This document shows positions 16,495 through 28,157 of a stretch of 64,000 bases of DNA, piece by piece. A model generated the notes under the pieces. The model did no database searches, was not told the DNA's origin, and saw only the letters and a list, made by a program, of their open reading frames with translations. The position numbers were made by a program, and so were the translations under genes. This DNA is from Azolla caroliniana (Eukaryota > Plantae > Polypodiophyta): NCBI GenBank assembly GCA_043228905.1, contig JBHGNT010000011.1:6448001-6512000 (forward strand), written 5' to 3'. How positions within the stretch are numbered: the first letter of the stretch is position 1; each line of letters starts with the position of its first letter.

Positions 16495-19335
16495 TGTCGT
16501 GAAGATTTTCGGCAATGGTGTGAAAATTGCGAGAAACATACAAAATTGAGTGTGTTTCTTCACACACAATATGAAACAATAATAGTAAAGATACTATTTT
16601 AGATTAGTTTAATATCTTGGTATGAAAAGATAGATATCTTCAAGAGCTTCTGAATGTACTTTACTTTATTTGAAACAAACAACTAAATGTCAAGTTATGT
16701 GAATATGAAGTTTGAGAAGAAGAAGAGAAAAACAAAACTATGAGATATCCCACATAGATAGGACAAATCAGGATCCCACATTATATAAGTCGAACCAGAA
16801 CTTATTACCTTTTGTTTATGTGTGGAGCATAGAATGTTCTTGGGCTAAATTGTGGCTTAACTACTCGTAATGGTTTTGGAGGACCAGATCAGACAGACGA
16901 CGACGGAACCGGAATGGACGGACGACGACGGAACCAGACCGGCGGACGACGCCAGATAACGACGGAATCGGAATCGAAACCGGACGAGGACGGTGATCGA
17001 ACTGGGACCGGACCGGATCGGATCACTGGACTGGATGGGCCGGATCACAGGGTCGGATGCGGACCAGATTGGATGCAGATCGATCAGATAAGTTGATCGC
17101 GACGATTTCGGTGTGAAACGAACAAAATCATCTAGACTAAAAAACCTAGTAAAACGTTGTATACAAAGGGATGCAAGCAAGGCTTGAACCTTGCACCTCC
17201 AAGTTAGGAGGCAGTAAACTTACCACTAAGACAAGTCATTTCTTTAAAAATGAATTTTTTCTATCATTATAGTTTCACATGTAAATTCTCATATTAGAGC
17301 TTGAATGAGTGACATGGTTATCATGCATCCCATGTAATGCATGAGCGCCAAATGGCAAACATGCATCACATGCATTCCATGCATTGTATGCATGTCTTGT
17401 ACCCTAACATGCATCATATGCATGGGGGCATCTATAAAAGAGTGGATGAAAAAGATCAAAGGGAGCGATGTATTAATCAAGAATTTAATAAGAAGAAAAT
17501 TCGTTATCCAATTGATGATATATCTTGTACTTCAAATCTAAAGTCAAGGGTTCAATCTCAATCTCTCTCTCTTTCAATCTGTCTTAAATACCTTCTCGCT
17601 AAAGCTAGTGCAAACTTCGAATCCTTCTAGTCTAGAACCCCGATGGTTCCGCCTCACGATCCGCACGTAGCAACAGATTTTTTTAAGACATAATTAAGTG
17701 GTGAACTCGATGTGAAGAGGCGGTAGGAATGATCAAGTCAAGGCTCGACCGATACTTGGAGATGGCATCGTCAAGCAATCAAGCGGGAGAGTTCGAAAGG
17801 ATGATGCTACTCATCGAACAAATGATGAGATCTCGGGACAACAATGCGAGCGTGGAGAAGGCTGTTGACCGCGTCGTGGAGCTCGAGGGTCAATTTGATG
17901 GAAGGAACATTACAAAGTTCCTTGATGCATAAAGAAGGGAACGGAGATGAATCAGAGGGACGCGTTTGAAGCGCGTCAAATCACAAGTTTCAAGAGAGTG
18001 GTCACCAACAACATCCAAAGACGCGTCATCGAGCTTCAAGAAAGCAAGACAACATGGTTCGAGTTCGAGAAAGCAATATTAGCGGAGTTCGCGATGGAAG
18101 ATTTGTCGAGGATGACTCGACATGTCTTGATGAAGTGGATAGAAAAGAAAAATAAGAAGATGAGCACCTCGAGGGTATATGACGAGTTTGACCAGATGCT
18201 TAGTCGTCTCCTTGCCACGGACCAAGTGCTGCTTGAGGAGGACAGGACTTTGTACTTCTTGAAAGCTGTGGATGTGAAGGATAGATGAGAATTGGGGACT
18301 CTCCTTGAAGATGATACCCAAGCGAACAGACTTGTGGCAGGCTGGATTGCAGTGAAGCGAGCATGCAACAAGCTCGACAAGCGTCGTCAATGGCTTGACA
18401 ATATTGACTTGGTAAGATCAAGCGTAGAAAAATGAAGACCATCTAAAGAAGTAGAGACGCCTAAACAACGCATCCTACATGAAAAGAAGATTGAATCTGA
18501 TGACTTGGGGACGATGAAGGCCACTTCAAAGGAGGACAAATGTTTCAGAACACGCGTCGTGTTCGAAACATCGGATGATGAAGGAGCAAGCCTAATTGAA
18601 GCCTGCGTCAATGGAGATAAAGAGTGCGAGGCTAGCTTAATTAAGGATCTAGGCGCTAAAGACGACATCAAGGAGGTGACTATGCATAAGACAACAAGCG
18701 TCGACAATGACCATGGCCAGATTTTCTCCGCACTTGTTCCAGAGACTTGGGCAGTTGCATCCAAGAATCGACGTGAGATCCAAGAGATGGAAGGTGACGA
18801 CGAGTAGCCGAAGGTCGAAACGAATACATGCGACGAAGAGAGAAGCGTAATTGAAGCTTGCTCGATCAAGAGGGTCAATGGGTATGAGGCCCATGAGATT
18901 GAAGAGATAGCCACGAAAATTGACGTCGAGTCAGAGGTGGCTATGGAAGAATTAATGGCAGATGACCGCGTTGAGTATTCCTTCACACAAGTTCCGGAGA
19001 CTTGGGTAGTTGCAGTGAGCCAACGTGGTAGTAAGGGGAAGGACCAAGATGGTGTGCACAAGATCGAGGCGAAGATAGATATGGACGAGTCGATGGTGAA
19101 TGATGGCAGTGACAAGACTTTCCCCACACTAGTTCTAGAGACTTGGGCAGTTGCATCTAAGAACCAACATAAGACTCAAGAGATGGACGGTGGCAACAAG
19201 GGGAAGTTCAAATCTGATGTGAAAGATGACATCAAGACAAAGGTGTCGAAGGCAATTGACCAAAGACAAATGGATTCCTTCGCACATGTTCTAGAGACTT
19301 GGGTAGTTGTGGTTCAAAGCCAACGTGAGACCCAA
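16495..19335 (+). mobile_element. Truncated, older tRNA-Trp-primed Gypsy (LTR ~16495-17690, decayed gag 17729-18400, repetitive ORF to ~19335)
   Basis: Begins TGTCGTGAAGA like element D; PBS TGGTGAACTCGATGTGAA 17699-17716; gag AVDRVVELEGQFDGRNITKFL resembles D gag IGRFDGKDATKYL. Confidence 0.75.
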
Positions 19336-20191
19336 AACTTCACTAGAGAGGACATGCTCGCGGACAAAATGTTAGTGCACCTCAATGTGCTTGATCCAGG
19401 CGTGGAAGACGAGGTTCTTCGCAAGTTGGATGTTGTTGAGGTTGTCGAAATAGATCGTCGTCGGATCGGACACCTCCACCTGCAGGTCCTTGAGTAGCCT
19501 CTTGAGCAAGATGACTTCGCACGTAGCGACAACCGCTCCTCGTTACTCGGTCTCCATGGTCAACAGTGCCATTGTCGGATGCTCTTTACTGCTCCATGCC
19601 ATCGCCGCACTTCTGAATGAAAATGCATATCCAGATGTTGATCTGCGATCGTCGGCATTTCCAGCCCAATCGGCATCTGTGTAACCGATTAACTTGCTCA
19701 GCTACTCCTGCCCAATATAGCAACGCCATGTCCTTAGTGCCGCTGACATACCGCAATATCCTTTGCTGCATTGAAGGTGTTTGGTCGTGGCCTGCAACAT
19801 AAATTGACTGATCAGGCCGACCGGGTATCTGAGATCCGGTTGAGTGATCGTCAAATAAATTAGGCTTCCAAAAATCTGTTGGGTCGCACGCCTTTCCCAA
19901 ATCTCGACGGTTTTTTCCAGAGGAGTTGAGATGGACTTACAGTCTACCATCCCGAACTTGAAGATGTTGTCGGAATTGTGTCGGGTTGCACGCCTTTCCC
20001 GAATCTTGGCAAAGCTTAACGTTTTCGTCCAGAGAAGTTGAGATGGACTTACAGTCTACCATCCCAAACTTGAACAACATACTCAACACATAATGTTGTT
20101 GTTTGATCAGTATGCCTTCGGGGGTATGGATCACTTCGATCCTGAGGAAGTAATGAAGGTGGCCCAAGTCCTTCATGTCGAATGATGCCGT
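19336..20191 (-). pseudogene. Copia2 RNase H / RT fragment
   Basis: Minus-strand RH and RT motifs (FDMKDLGHLHYF); continues at 44096 after element A. Confidence 0.82.
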
Positions 20192-23150
20192 TGTCATGAT
20201 ATGGCAAGACTCGAACCCATGACCTTATGTTACATGGGTGGAGCTCTTGACCATTACACTATATGTTGTAATACGAAAGATATTATTTTCATTTAAGTTT
20301 TACTATAGAAAATTGATGTATATTCCAGATTTCTTTGGAACATTCTAGAAACTTCAGGAGTACTACTGAGAACACTATAAAAGGAGACACAAGGCATTAT
20401 TTCGAACCAAATTGATTCAACGCTAGTCTTAAGCCTCCTAGCCATCCTTTTCTATTCTTTCACATAATATATCGCTGTCATCATCATTCTTTCTTTCTCT
20501 CTCTCTCTCTCTCTCTCTCGTGTTCTACACCCTCGTTTCCTCGTAGTACTAATATTCATCTCTTAGTACTAATTTCCTCTCTATCTTAGTACTAATCCTG
20601 AAAGTTTGAACCAATTTTCCACCTCTTTCCTCCTCTTCCTTTTATCTTCTTACGTTTCCCTCCATACTAATATCTTATTCCTCTTTCCTCTCATCCTATG
20701 GCCACTGTTAACGCTCAAGAATATCAATCCGTTTTCTCGGAGCTGCAATGCTTGAAAGAGAAGTTCCTTGCTTTGGAACAAGAAAATCAACGGTTGTTGG
20801 GGGATCTTCAACAAATCTCCTTAGAAAAGCAGCTGACGCAACAACAACATTGGGAACTAGCGTTACGCGTGCAACAACAAGGACCTAGTATGCAAGGGAT
20901 TCATAAAGAACCCAAGATCGGCCTTCCCATGAAATTCGATGGAACACGATTGAAGTTTAGAGGATTCCTTACTCAGGTACGATTAGTCATTCAAATACAT
21001 TCTTCCCGATATCCCACCGATGCATCACGAGTCCACGTTTAATAGGCACGTTGTTAAGTGGCTCAGCTTTGGCATGGTCCGCTCCGTTGTTAGAAAAGGA
21101 ATCTCCTTTACTAAACAAATTTGAAGAGTTTTTAAGTGAGTTTAAAGACTATTTTGGAGATACTGACAACATAAGGACAACAATCAACAAAATCCGATGA
21201 TTACGTCAAGGTGATCGTCCAGCCTCCGCATACGTTGTAGATTTCCGCCTACTCGCCTCCGATATCCCCTGGGATGACTAAGCAGTAATGGAGCAATTTC
21301 GTTATGGTCTACGTAACGATGTCAAGGATTTACTCTTGACCTTCCCCGAAGAACCAAAGTCATTGACAGAAGCAATCAGTCGCGCAGTGAGATGTGACAA
21401 CTGTCTTTTCGAACGACGTTCGGAACGTTAGTTCCAGATGCCAAGGGCAAGATCAGAGCCCACCTATGCCTCAGTGGTAGCAAAACCTTTTCCAAGGGAG
21501 TCATATAATGCGTCTTCAGTGAATACTCCAGCTCCGATGGAAATTGATGCTACACATCGTCACGGACCATGATCAGAAGAAGAAATGCAACGACATCGAG
21601 CAAATCGACTATGTCTTTATTGCGGTGGACCAGGGCATATTGCAGTGAACTGTCCCCATAGGCCAAGAAGACAAGTAACCCAAATAGTCGCTAGTTCTAA
21701 TTGTACTAAACCCGAGTCTATTTCAGTAGGAATATCTGATAGCCCAAATCTATCGAACAAATTTGATGTCCTTAGTCAGTTCGAAGAAGAGTTAAACGAC
21801 TATGTCGAGCCAAAATAGGAGTTGTTTGGTTGGACAACCCTATATCTGTGCAACCCATTAGTGGTTCCATTCCCTCTAAGCAAGTTAGCAATGTGTTCTT
21901 AGCCCAAGTAATAGTTAGTACTTGAAAAGAATGGCGTGCGGAAGCAATATAGGAAAACCGAACAACAGAAAACGCAGGTTTAATGGAAAGCTTAGGTTTT
22001 CACAGTACGCACAGGAGAGACAAAGAGAGAGCAACACAAGAACTTAAATTCGAAAAATAATACTCAATCTGTACATAGGATGTGCTCAGTGAGCACTTTT
22101 ATACAAGCCCTGACAGTGGGCTGACACAAGTACTAACAGTACTTGACTGCTCATAAATGAGCCTCGACACTTACTCCCAAAACTATTCCTTATGAGGAAT
22201 ATCTTTCTAACGGCCTTTCGGTCTACGCACCGGTCTGCGTACCGGTTTTATGCACCCAGTCTACGCACTGGTTACGCATTGTATTACGCACAAATGTTGA
22301 GCTTGTCTCTCAACACTCCCCCTCAAGCTCAACTTGAGGTTCCGCCTGCTCTGCCGGACCTACGCTCCGGCTTCTCCTAGCTCCACGCCTCGCTCGCGCT
22401 CCTCGGCCTGTTCGACTCCGCGCGCTTCGACCCTTCTGGTCGGCTTGTCTACTCCCACGGCCCTTCACAGGTCCCTTGCTGTCGCGGTGTTGGCGCTTCT
22501 CCTGCTACCTTCTTTTTCGCTTGGCCCTCAGTTGATTCAGTGTATCTGAATCAAACATCCGAACCGACTCGGCTACCTCCGATCGGTTTTCGCTCTCGTC
22601 CGAGTTCTCATCCGAGTTGGCTGTCTCCAACTCGTCTCCGGTCTTCTCGCCCTTGACGGCGTCATCTCCCCCATGCCTGGTTGGATTTGGCTCTTTCTTT
22701 CGGCTACTCCCCTTGTGTCCGCTTTCGGACTCTTCCGCAGATCCGCTCTCGGCTTCTTCAGCCGATCCGAGGTCTTTTCCGCTCCTTTCCTGCTCCCTTT
22801 CGTGGTCATCTAGGACGTTTCTCTCCCTCAAGTTCGGCACGTCGAAGTGACACAACCCAAGCGCACCCAAAAATTGCCACAACTTGTCCAGACCAAGATG
22901 CTTGGTGAAGATGTCGGCGGTCTGCCGATTTGTCGGAACATAGTGAAGTTCGACTTCACCAGAAAGGACATGCTCACGGACAAAATGGTAGTGCAACTCA
23001 ATGTGCTTGGTCCGTGCGTGGAAGACGGGGTTCTTCGCGAGTTGGATGCTGCTGAGGTCCTTAAGTAGCCACTTCAACCATATGGCTTTGTTGGGATTTC
23101 GGTCCCTTCGGATGGGATGTCCGGAGATGAATGACGGCAAGCCCGGTTGC

Positions 23151-23338
23151 GGTTACGGAGCCGGATGATGAAGACCCCGGTTACGGAGCCGGATGATGAA
23201 GACCCCGGTTACGGAGCCGGATGATGAAGACCCCGGCTACGGAGCCGGATGATGAAGACCCCGGTTACGGAGCCGGATGATGAAGACCCCGGTTATGGAG
23301 CCGGATGATGAAGACCCCGGCTACGGAGCCGGATGATG
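23151..23338 (+). repeat. 28-bp tandem repeat in the 5' LTR of C (6 full units + partial)
   Basis: GGTTACGGAGCCGGATGATGAAGACCCC units at 23151, 23179, 23207, 23235, 23263, 23291, 23319. Confidence 0.95.
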
Positions 23339-23848
23339 TATGTACCCGGAGCGAGATCCGGATGCGGGGACATATTTGTGAATATGTTTGCCAAGGGTCC
23401 TTGAGGCCATATTTGTAAATAGCCCGAAAGTCATATGCGTATAAATATGACTTAGGGCAAACAGTTTTACTGTTGTTGCTCATTTTTCATGCGAAGTGAG
23501 AGCAGCCGTGAGATAGAGAGAGAGAGAGATAGAGCGCGAGTGAGGAAGAGGTAGACGCCTCTGTGTATTTCCGCCGCCTGTGGCGAGGACAGCGAGCTCA
23601 AGGTCGTCGCCTTGCAGCTCGCCATTGTATACTTCTTTGTATAGTGTTGATTTGGAGTCTTGTACTCCCGTGGTTTTTCCCGTCTAGGGTTTTCCACGTT
23701 AATCCCTGTGTACTCGCGTTTTGTTTTCTCTTTGTGGTTCCTATTTTCTGCTCCATTGATTCGCGCTTACTCGGTTGTGGCCGAGTGGTGAAGGTGAATA
23801 GAAGGGTCTATTCCTTACAAACTGGTATCAGAGCGACTGTTGCAGAAA

Positions 23849-26800
23849 ATGGAAGGCGGCGGCAGCGGGCAGCCGGGGATGATGGTGCTGAATGCACAGA
23901 ATTACGCCGACTGGAAGATCAAGATGGAGGATCTTCTGATTGTTCGGGACCTGTACGAACCGATTGACAGGTCGGAAATACCGAAGGGGGTACTTGAGTC
24001 GGAGTGGAAGCTCCTGAACCGGAAAGCCGTAGCGACGATCCGACAATATGTCGATGTAAGCGTCCTACAACATGTGGCGAACGACACCAACGCATATGAG
24101 ATGTGGAGGAAGCTGTCGGGCCTCTACGAGAGGAAGAATGCATTGAACCGGACCTCCCTGATGAGGAAGATAGTGAATCTCAAGTACCGGGACGGCGAGA
24201 GCATGGTGGAACACGTAAGCACGTTCATGGGATTCGTGAATCAGCTTGCGGCGATCAAGTTCCCGTTGGAGGATGCAATGCAAGCCATCATCCTGATGTG
24301 TACATTGCCGGAAAGCTGGGAGAACTTGGTGGTGACTCTCAGCACCTCCTGCACCGAAGATAACTTGTCCTTGCAAACGGTAAAGACAAGTATTTTGAAC
24401 GAAGAAGCGCGTCGGAGAGATAAAGAACCGGCCTCCGACCCGAAGGCGCTGCTTACCGAATCGGATCGGGGAAGACAATGGAACCGGAGTCCGCAAAGAC
24501 GGGAGAAGTCGGGGACCCGGTCGCAGTCAAGAGGAAGACCCACCTGCTTCCACTGTGGGAAGCCGGGGCACTTCCGGAGGAATTGTCGGCATTACCGAAA
24601 GGACAACGGAGCCGACGACACCGATTCGAAGAAGTCACCGGAGAGAAACGGTGCATACCGGGGAGCCACGGACCGGAGAGGTTCGGATCGGCGAGGGCAG
24701 GACCGGAAAGGAACGACGGCACTCGCGGCAAGTGAGGAAGAAATCATGCTCATCACCGAAGAAGGTGAGCTAAACATTGCCGGCGATGAGACGACCTAGG
24801 TGGTCGATTCCGGAGCGTCGTTCCACCTGACCCCGAAGAAGAAATACTTCTCATCCTACACAGCCGGTGAGCACGGCTGTGTCCGGATGGGAAATGAAGG
24901 CACATGCCGGATTGCCGGCATAGGAGACGTGTGGCTGTTGACATCAACCGGATGCAAGATGCTGTTGAAGGATGTGCGACACGTTCCGGAGGTCCGATTG
25001 AACCTGATCTCGGCCGGGAGGCTGGATGATGAAGGCTACACGGGTAGCATCCGGAACGGTGTCATGAAGTTCAGCAAGGGGAGCCTGATAGTGGCTCGGG
25101 CCCGGAAGGTCAACACCCTGTACCTGATGAATTCCCGGCTCTGTCCGGAGGAGCTGAACGTGGCAGCCGACACTGCCGGTGAGCTGTGGCACAAGAGACT
25201 GTGCCACATGAGCGAGAAGGGGATGAAGAGGCTTGCAGAAGACAACCTCATTCCAGTGAAGCATGTGCATCTGGAGAAGTGCACCGATTGCCTGGCCGGT
25301 AAGCAAAACCGGACCTCCTTCCACTCAAGGCCACCGACGAGACGTAGTGCACCATTGGAGTTGGTGCACACTGACGTGTGTCAGGTAGAAACGAAGTCAC
25401 ATGGCGGAGCCCAGTACTTTGTAACATTCATAGATGACCATAGCCGGAAGCTGTGGACGGCACCGTTGAAGACAAAGGACCAAGTATTGTCCGTCTTCAA
25501 AGAACTTCACGCGAGAGTGGAAAGGGAATCCGGCAAGAAGCTGAAAGCGATACGAGCGGATAACGGAGGGGAATACCGGGGGCAGTTCCAGGAGTACTGT
25601 CGCTCGAAGGGAATCCGACTCGAGTTTACTGTGCCGAAGACGCCGGAACTGAACGGGCTGGCCGAGAGGATGAACCGGACCATAATGGAGAGGGTCCGGA
25701 GTATGCTGGCACATGCGAAATTACCCAAGGGATTTTGGGCTGAGGCAATGTCGACGGCGACATATGTGATAAACAGATCACCCTCAGTACCTTTGGACGG
25801 AGACACGCCGCAGAAAGTGTGGACCGGTAGGGAAGTATCCTACCGGCATCTGAAGGTGTTCGGGTGTCTCGCATACGTGCATGTGGCAAAGGACCGGAGA
25901 GGAAAGCTAGATCCGAAGACCCGGCCATGCATATTCCTCGGTTACGGCGACGACGAGTTCGGCTACCGAGTATGGGACCCGGTCGACAAGAAGATATTCA
26001 GGAGTCGAGATATCGTCTTTACGGAGGACAAGACACTCGCCGACTGGGAGTCGGAAAAGAAGATGAAGAGCTCCAAGTCGACCGGTGAGGATCAACTCTA
26101 CGAGGAGCAGTCCCGACCGGCAAGGGACCGGTTAACACTCGAGGATCCGGCCGAAGACGGTGAAGAAACAGAACCGGCCGAAGAAGATGAAAATGATACC
26201 GGAACCGGCCCCGATCCCGAAATGGATTCGGATGAAGAAGAAGAATCGGAAGAACCGGTTACCGAAGCTCCCGAACGGAGATATCCTCTAAGAGAGAGGA
26301 GGGCCCCCCGGAGATTTCCGGATCCAGAGCACATGCTGCTAACCGACGAAGGGGAACCGGAGAGCTTTGAACAAGCAAAGCATGACACCCAGAGCCGCAG
26401 GTGGTTGAGTGCCATGCAGGGCGAGATGGATTCCCTGCATGAGAACCACACATACGAACTTGTGGAGTTGCCGAAAGGAAAGCGGGCACTTCGAAACAAG
26501 TGGGTGTACAAGCTGAAACCGGGAGATGCCGGAAACCCCCCGAGATACAAAGCCAGGATCGTGGTGAAGGGGTTTCAGCAGAAGAAGGGCGTCGACTTCG
26601 ACGAGATATTTGCCCCGGTAGTGAAGATGACCTCTATCCGGACGGTGCTGAGCATAGCGGCAAGCATGGACCTCGAGGTAGAACAGATGGACGTGAAGAC
26701 GGCATTCCTTCACGGTGACCTCGATGAAGAGATCTACATGCAGCAACCGGAAGGATTCGAGAAGAAAGGGAAGGAGCACCTGGTATGCCGGTTGAAGAAG

Positions 26801-27925
26801 AGCCTTTACGGACTGAAGCAGGCTCCCCGGCAATGGTACCGGAAGTTCGACTCCTTCATGACCGACGAAGGGTACCTCAAAACGCAGTCCGACCACTGCG
26901 TGTTTGTGAAGAAGTTCGAAGGAGGAGACCTTCTAATACTCCTCCTGTACGTGGACGACATGCTGATCGTCGGACGGGACCAGGTCAAGATACGGATGCT
27001 GAAGAAGGCTCTTCACCGAACCTTCTCAATGAAGGACTTGGGTCCGGCGAGGCAAATACTAGGGATGCATATCATCCGGGACCGGAAGAAGAAGCAGTTG
27101 TGGCTGTCACAGGAGAAGTACGTGACAAAGGTGCTTCACCGGTTCAACATGTCGGAAGCAAGACCGGTCGGATCGACCCTCCCGGCAAACTGCAAGTTGT
27201 CCAACAAGCAAAGCCCCAAGACAAAGGCTGAGAAAGAGGACATGATGAAAGTACCATATGCCTCTGCCGTCGGAAGTTTGATGTACGCAATGGTGAGTAC
27301 GAGACCGGACATCGGATATGCAGTCGGAGTGGTGAGCCGGTACATGAGCAATCCCGGCAAGGAGCACTGGAACGCGGTCAAGTGGATACTCCGATACCTG
27401 AAGGGCACGGCAAACGTGTGCCTCCGATTCGGCTCCGGTAAGCCCGAACTCGACGGTTTTACTGATTCGGATATGTCGGCTGATGCAGATACCAGCCGGT
27501 CCACATCAGGGTATGTGATGACGTATGCAGGGGGAGCTGTTTCGTGGCAGTCGAGGCTGCAGAAGACGGTTGCGTTGTCAACCACGGAGGCGGAGTACAT
27601 GGCGGCTGTTGAAGCCGGCAAGGAAATAATATGGATGAAGGACTTCATTAGAGAGCTCGGGATCCGGCAGGAGGAGTACCGACTCTACTGCGATAGTCAG
27701 AGTGCCATCCACCTTGCGAAGAACGCGGCCTATCACTCCCGGACGAAGCACATCCAGCGAAGATATCACTGGATCCGGGAAAGGATAGAAGACCAGGAGT
27801 TCGTGCTGACGAAGATCCACACGAACGAGAACGGCTCAGATATGCTGACCAAAGTTCTCACACCCGACAAGCTGGAAGCATGCCGGAAGAGGATCGGGTT
27901 GGAGAGACATCCCATGCCGAAGTGA
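23849..27925 (+). CDS. Copia gag-pol of C (Gag, CCHC, PR, INT, RT, RH) with a single in-frame TAG at 24797-24799
   Basis: ORFs 23840-24799 and 24800-27925 are in the same frame; CFHCGKPGHFRRNC, VDSGAS, YVDD. Confidence 0.93.
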
Positions 27926-27997
27926 AGGGGGAGTTTGTTGGGATTTCGGTCCCTCCGGATGGGATGTCCGGAGATGAATGACGGCAAGCCCGGTTGC

Positions 27998-28157
27998 GGT
28001 TACGGAGCCGGATGATGAAGACCCCGGTTACGGAGCCGGATGATGAAGACCCCGGCTACGGAGCCGGATGATGAAGACCCCGGTTACGGAGCCGGATGAT
28101 GAAGACCCCGGTTATGGAGCCGGATGATGAAGACCCCGGCTACGGAGCCGGATGATG
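27998..28157 (+). repeat. 28-bp tandem repeat in the 3' LTR of C (5 full units + partial)
   Basis: Same unit, one copy fewer than in the 5' LTR. Confidence 0.95.

Noticed and set aside
23151-23338. CRISPR-like 28-bp repeats
   Set aside because: Head-to-tail with no spacers, and located inside an LTR of a eukaryotic element
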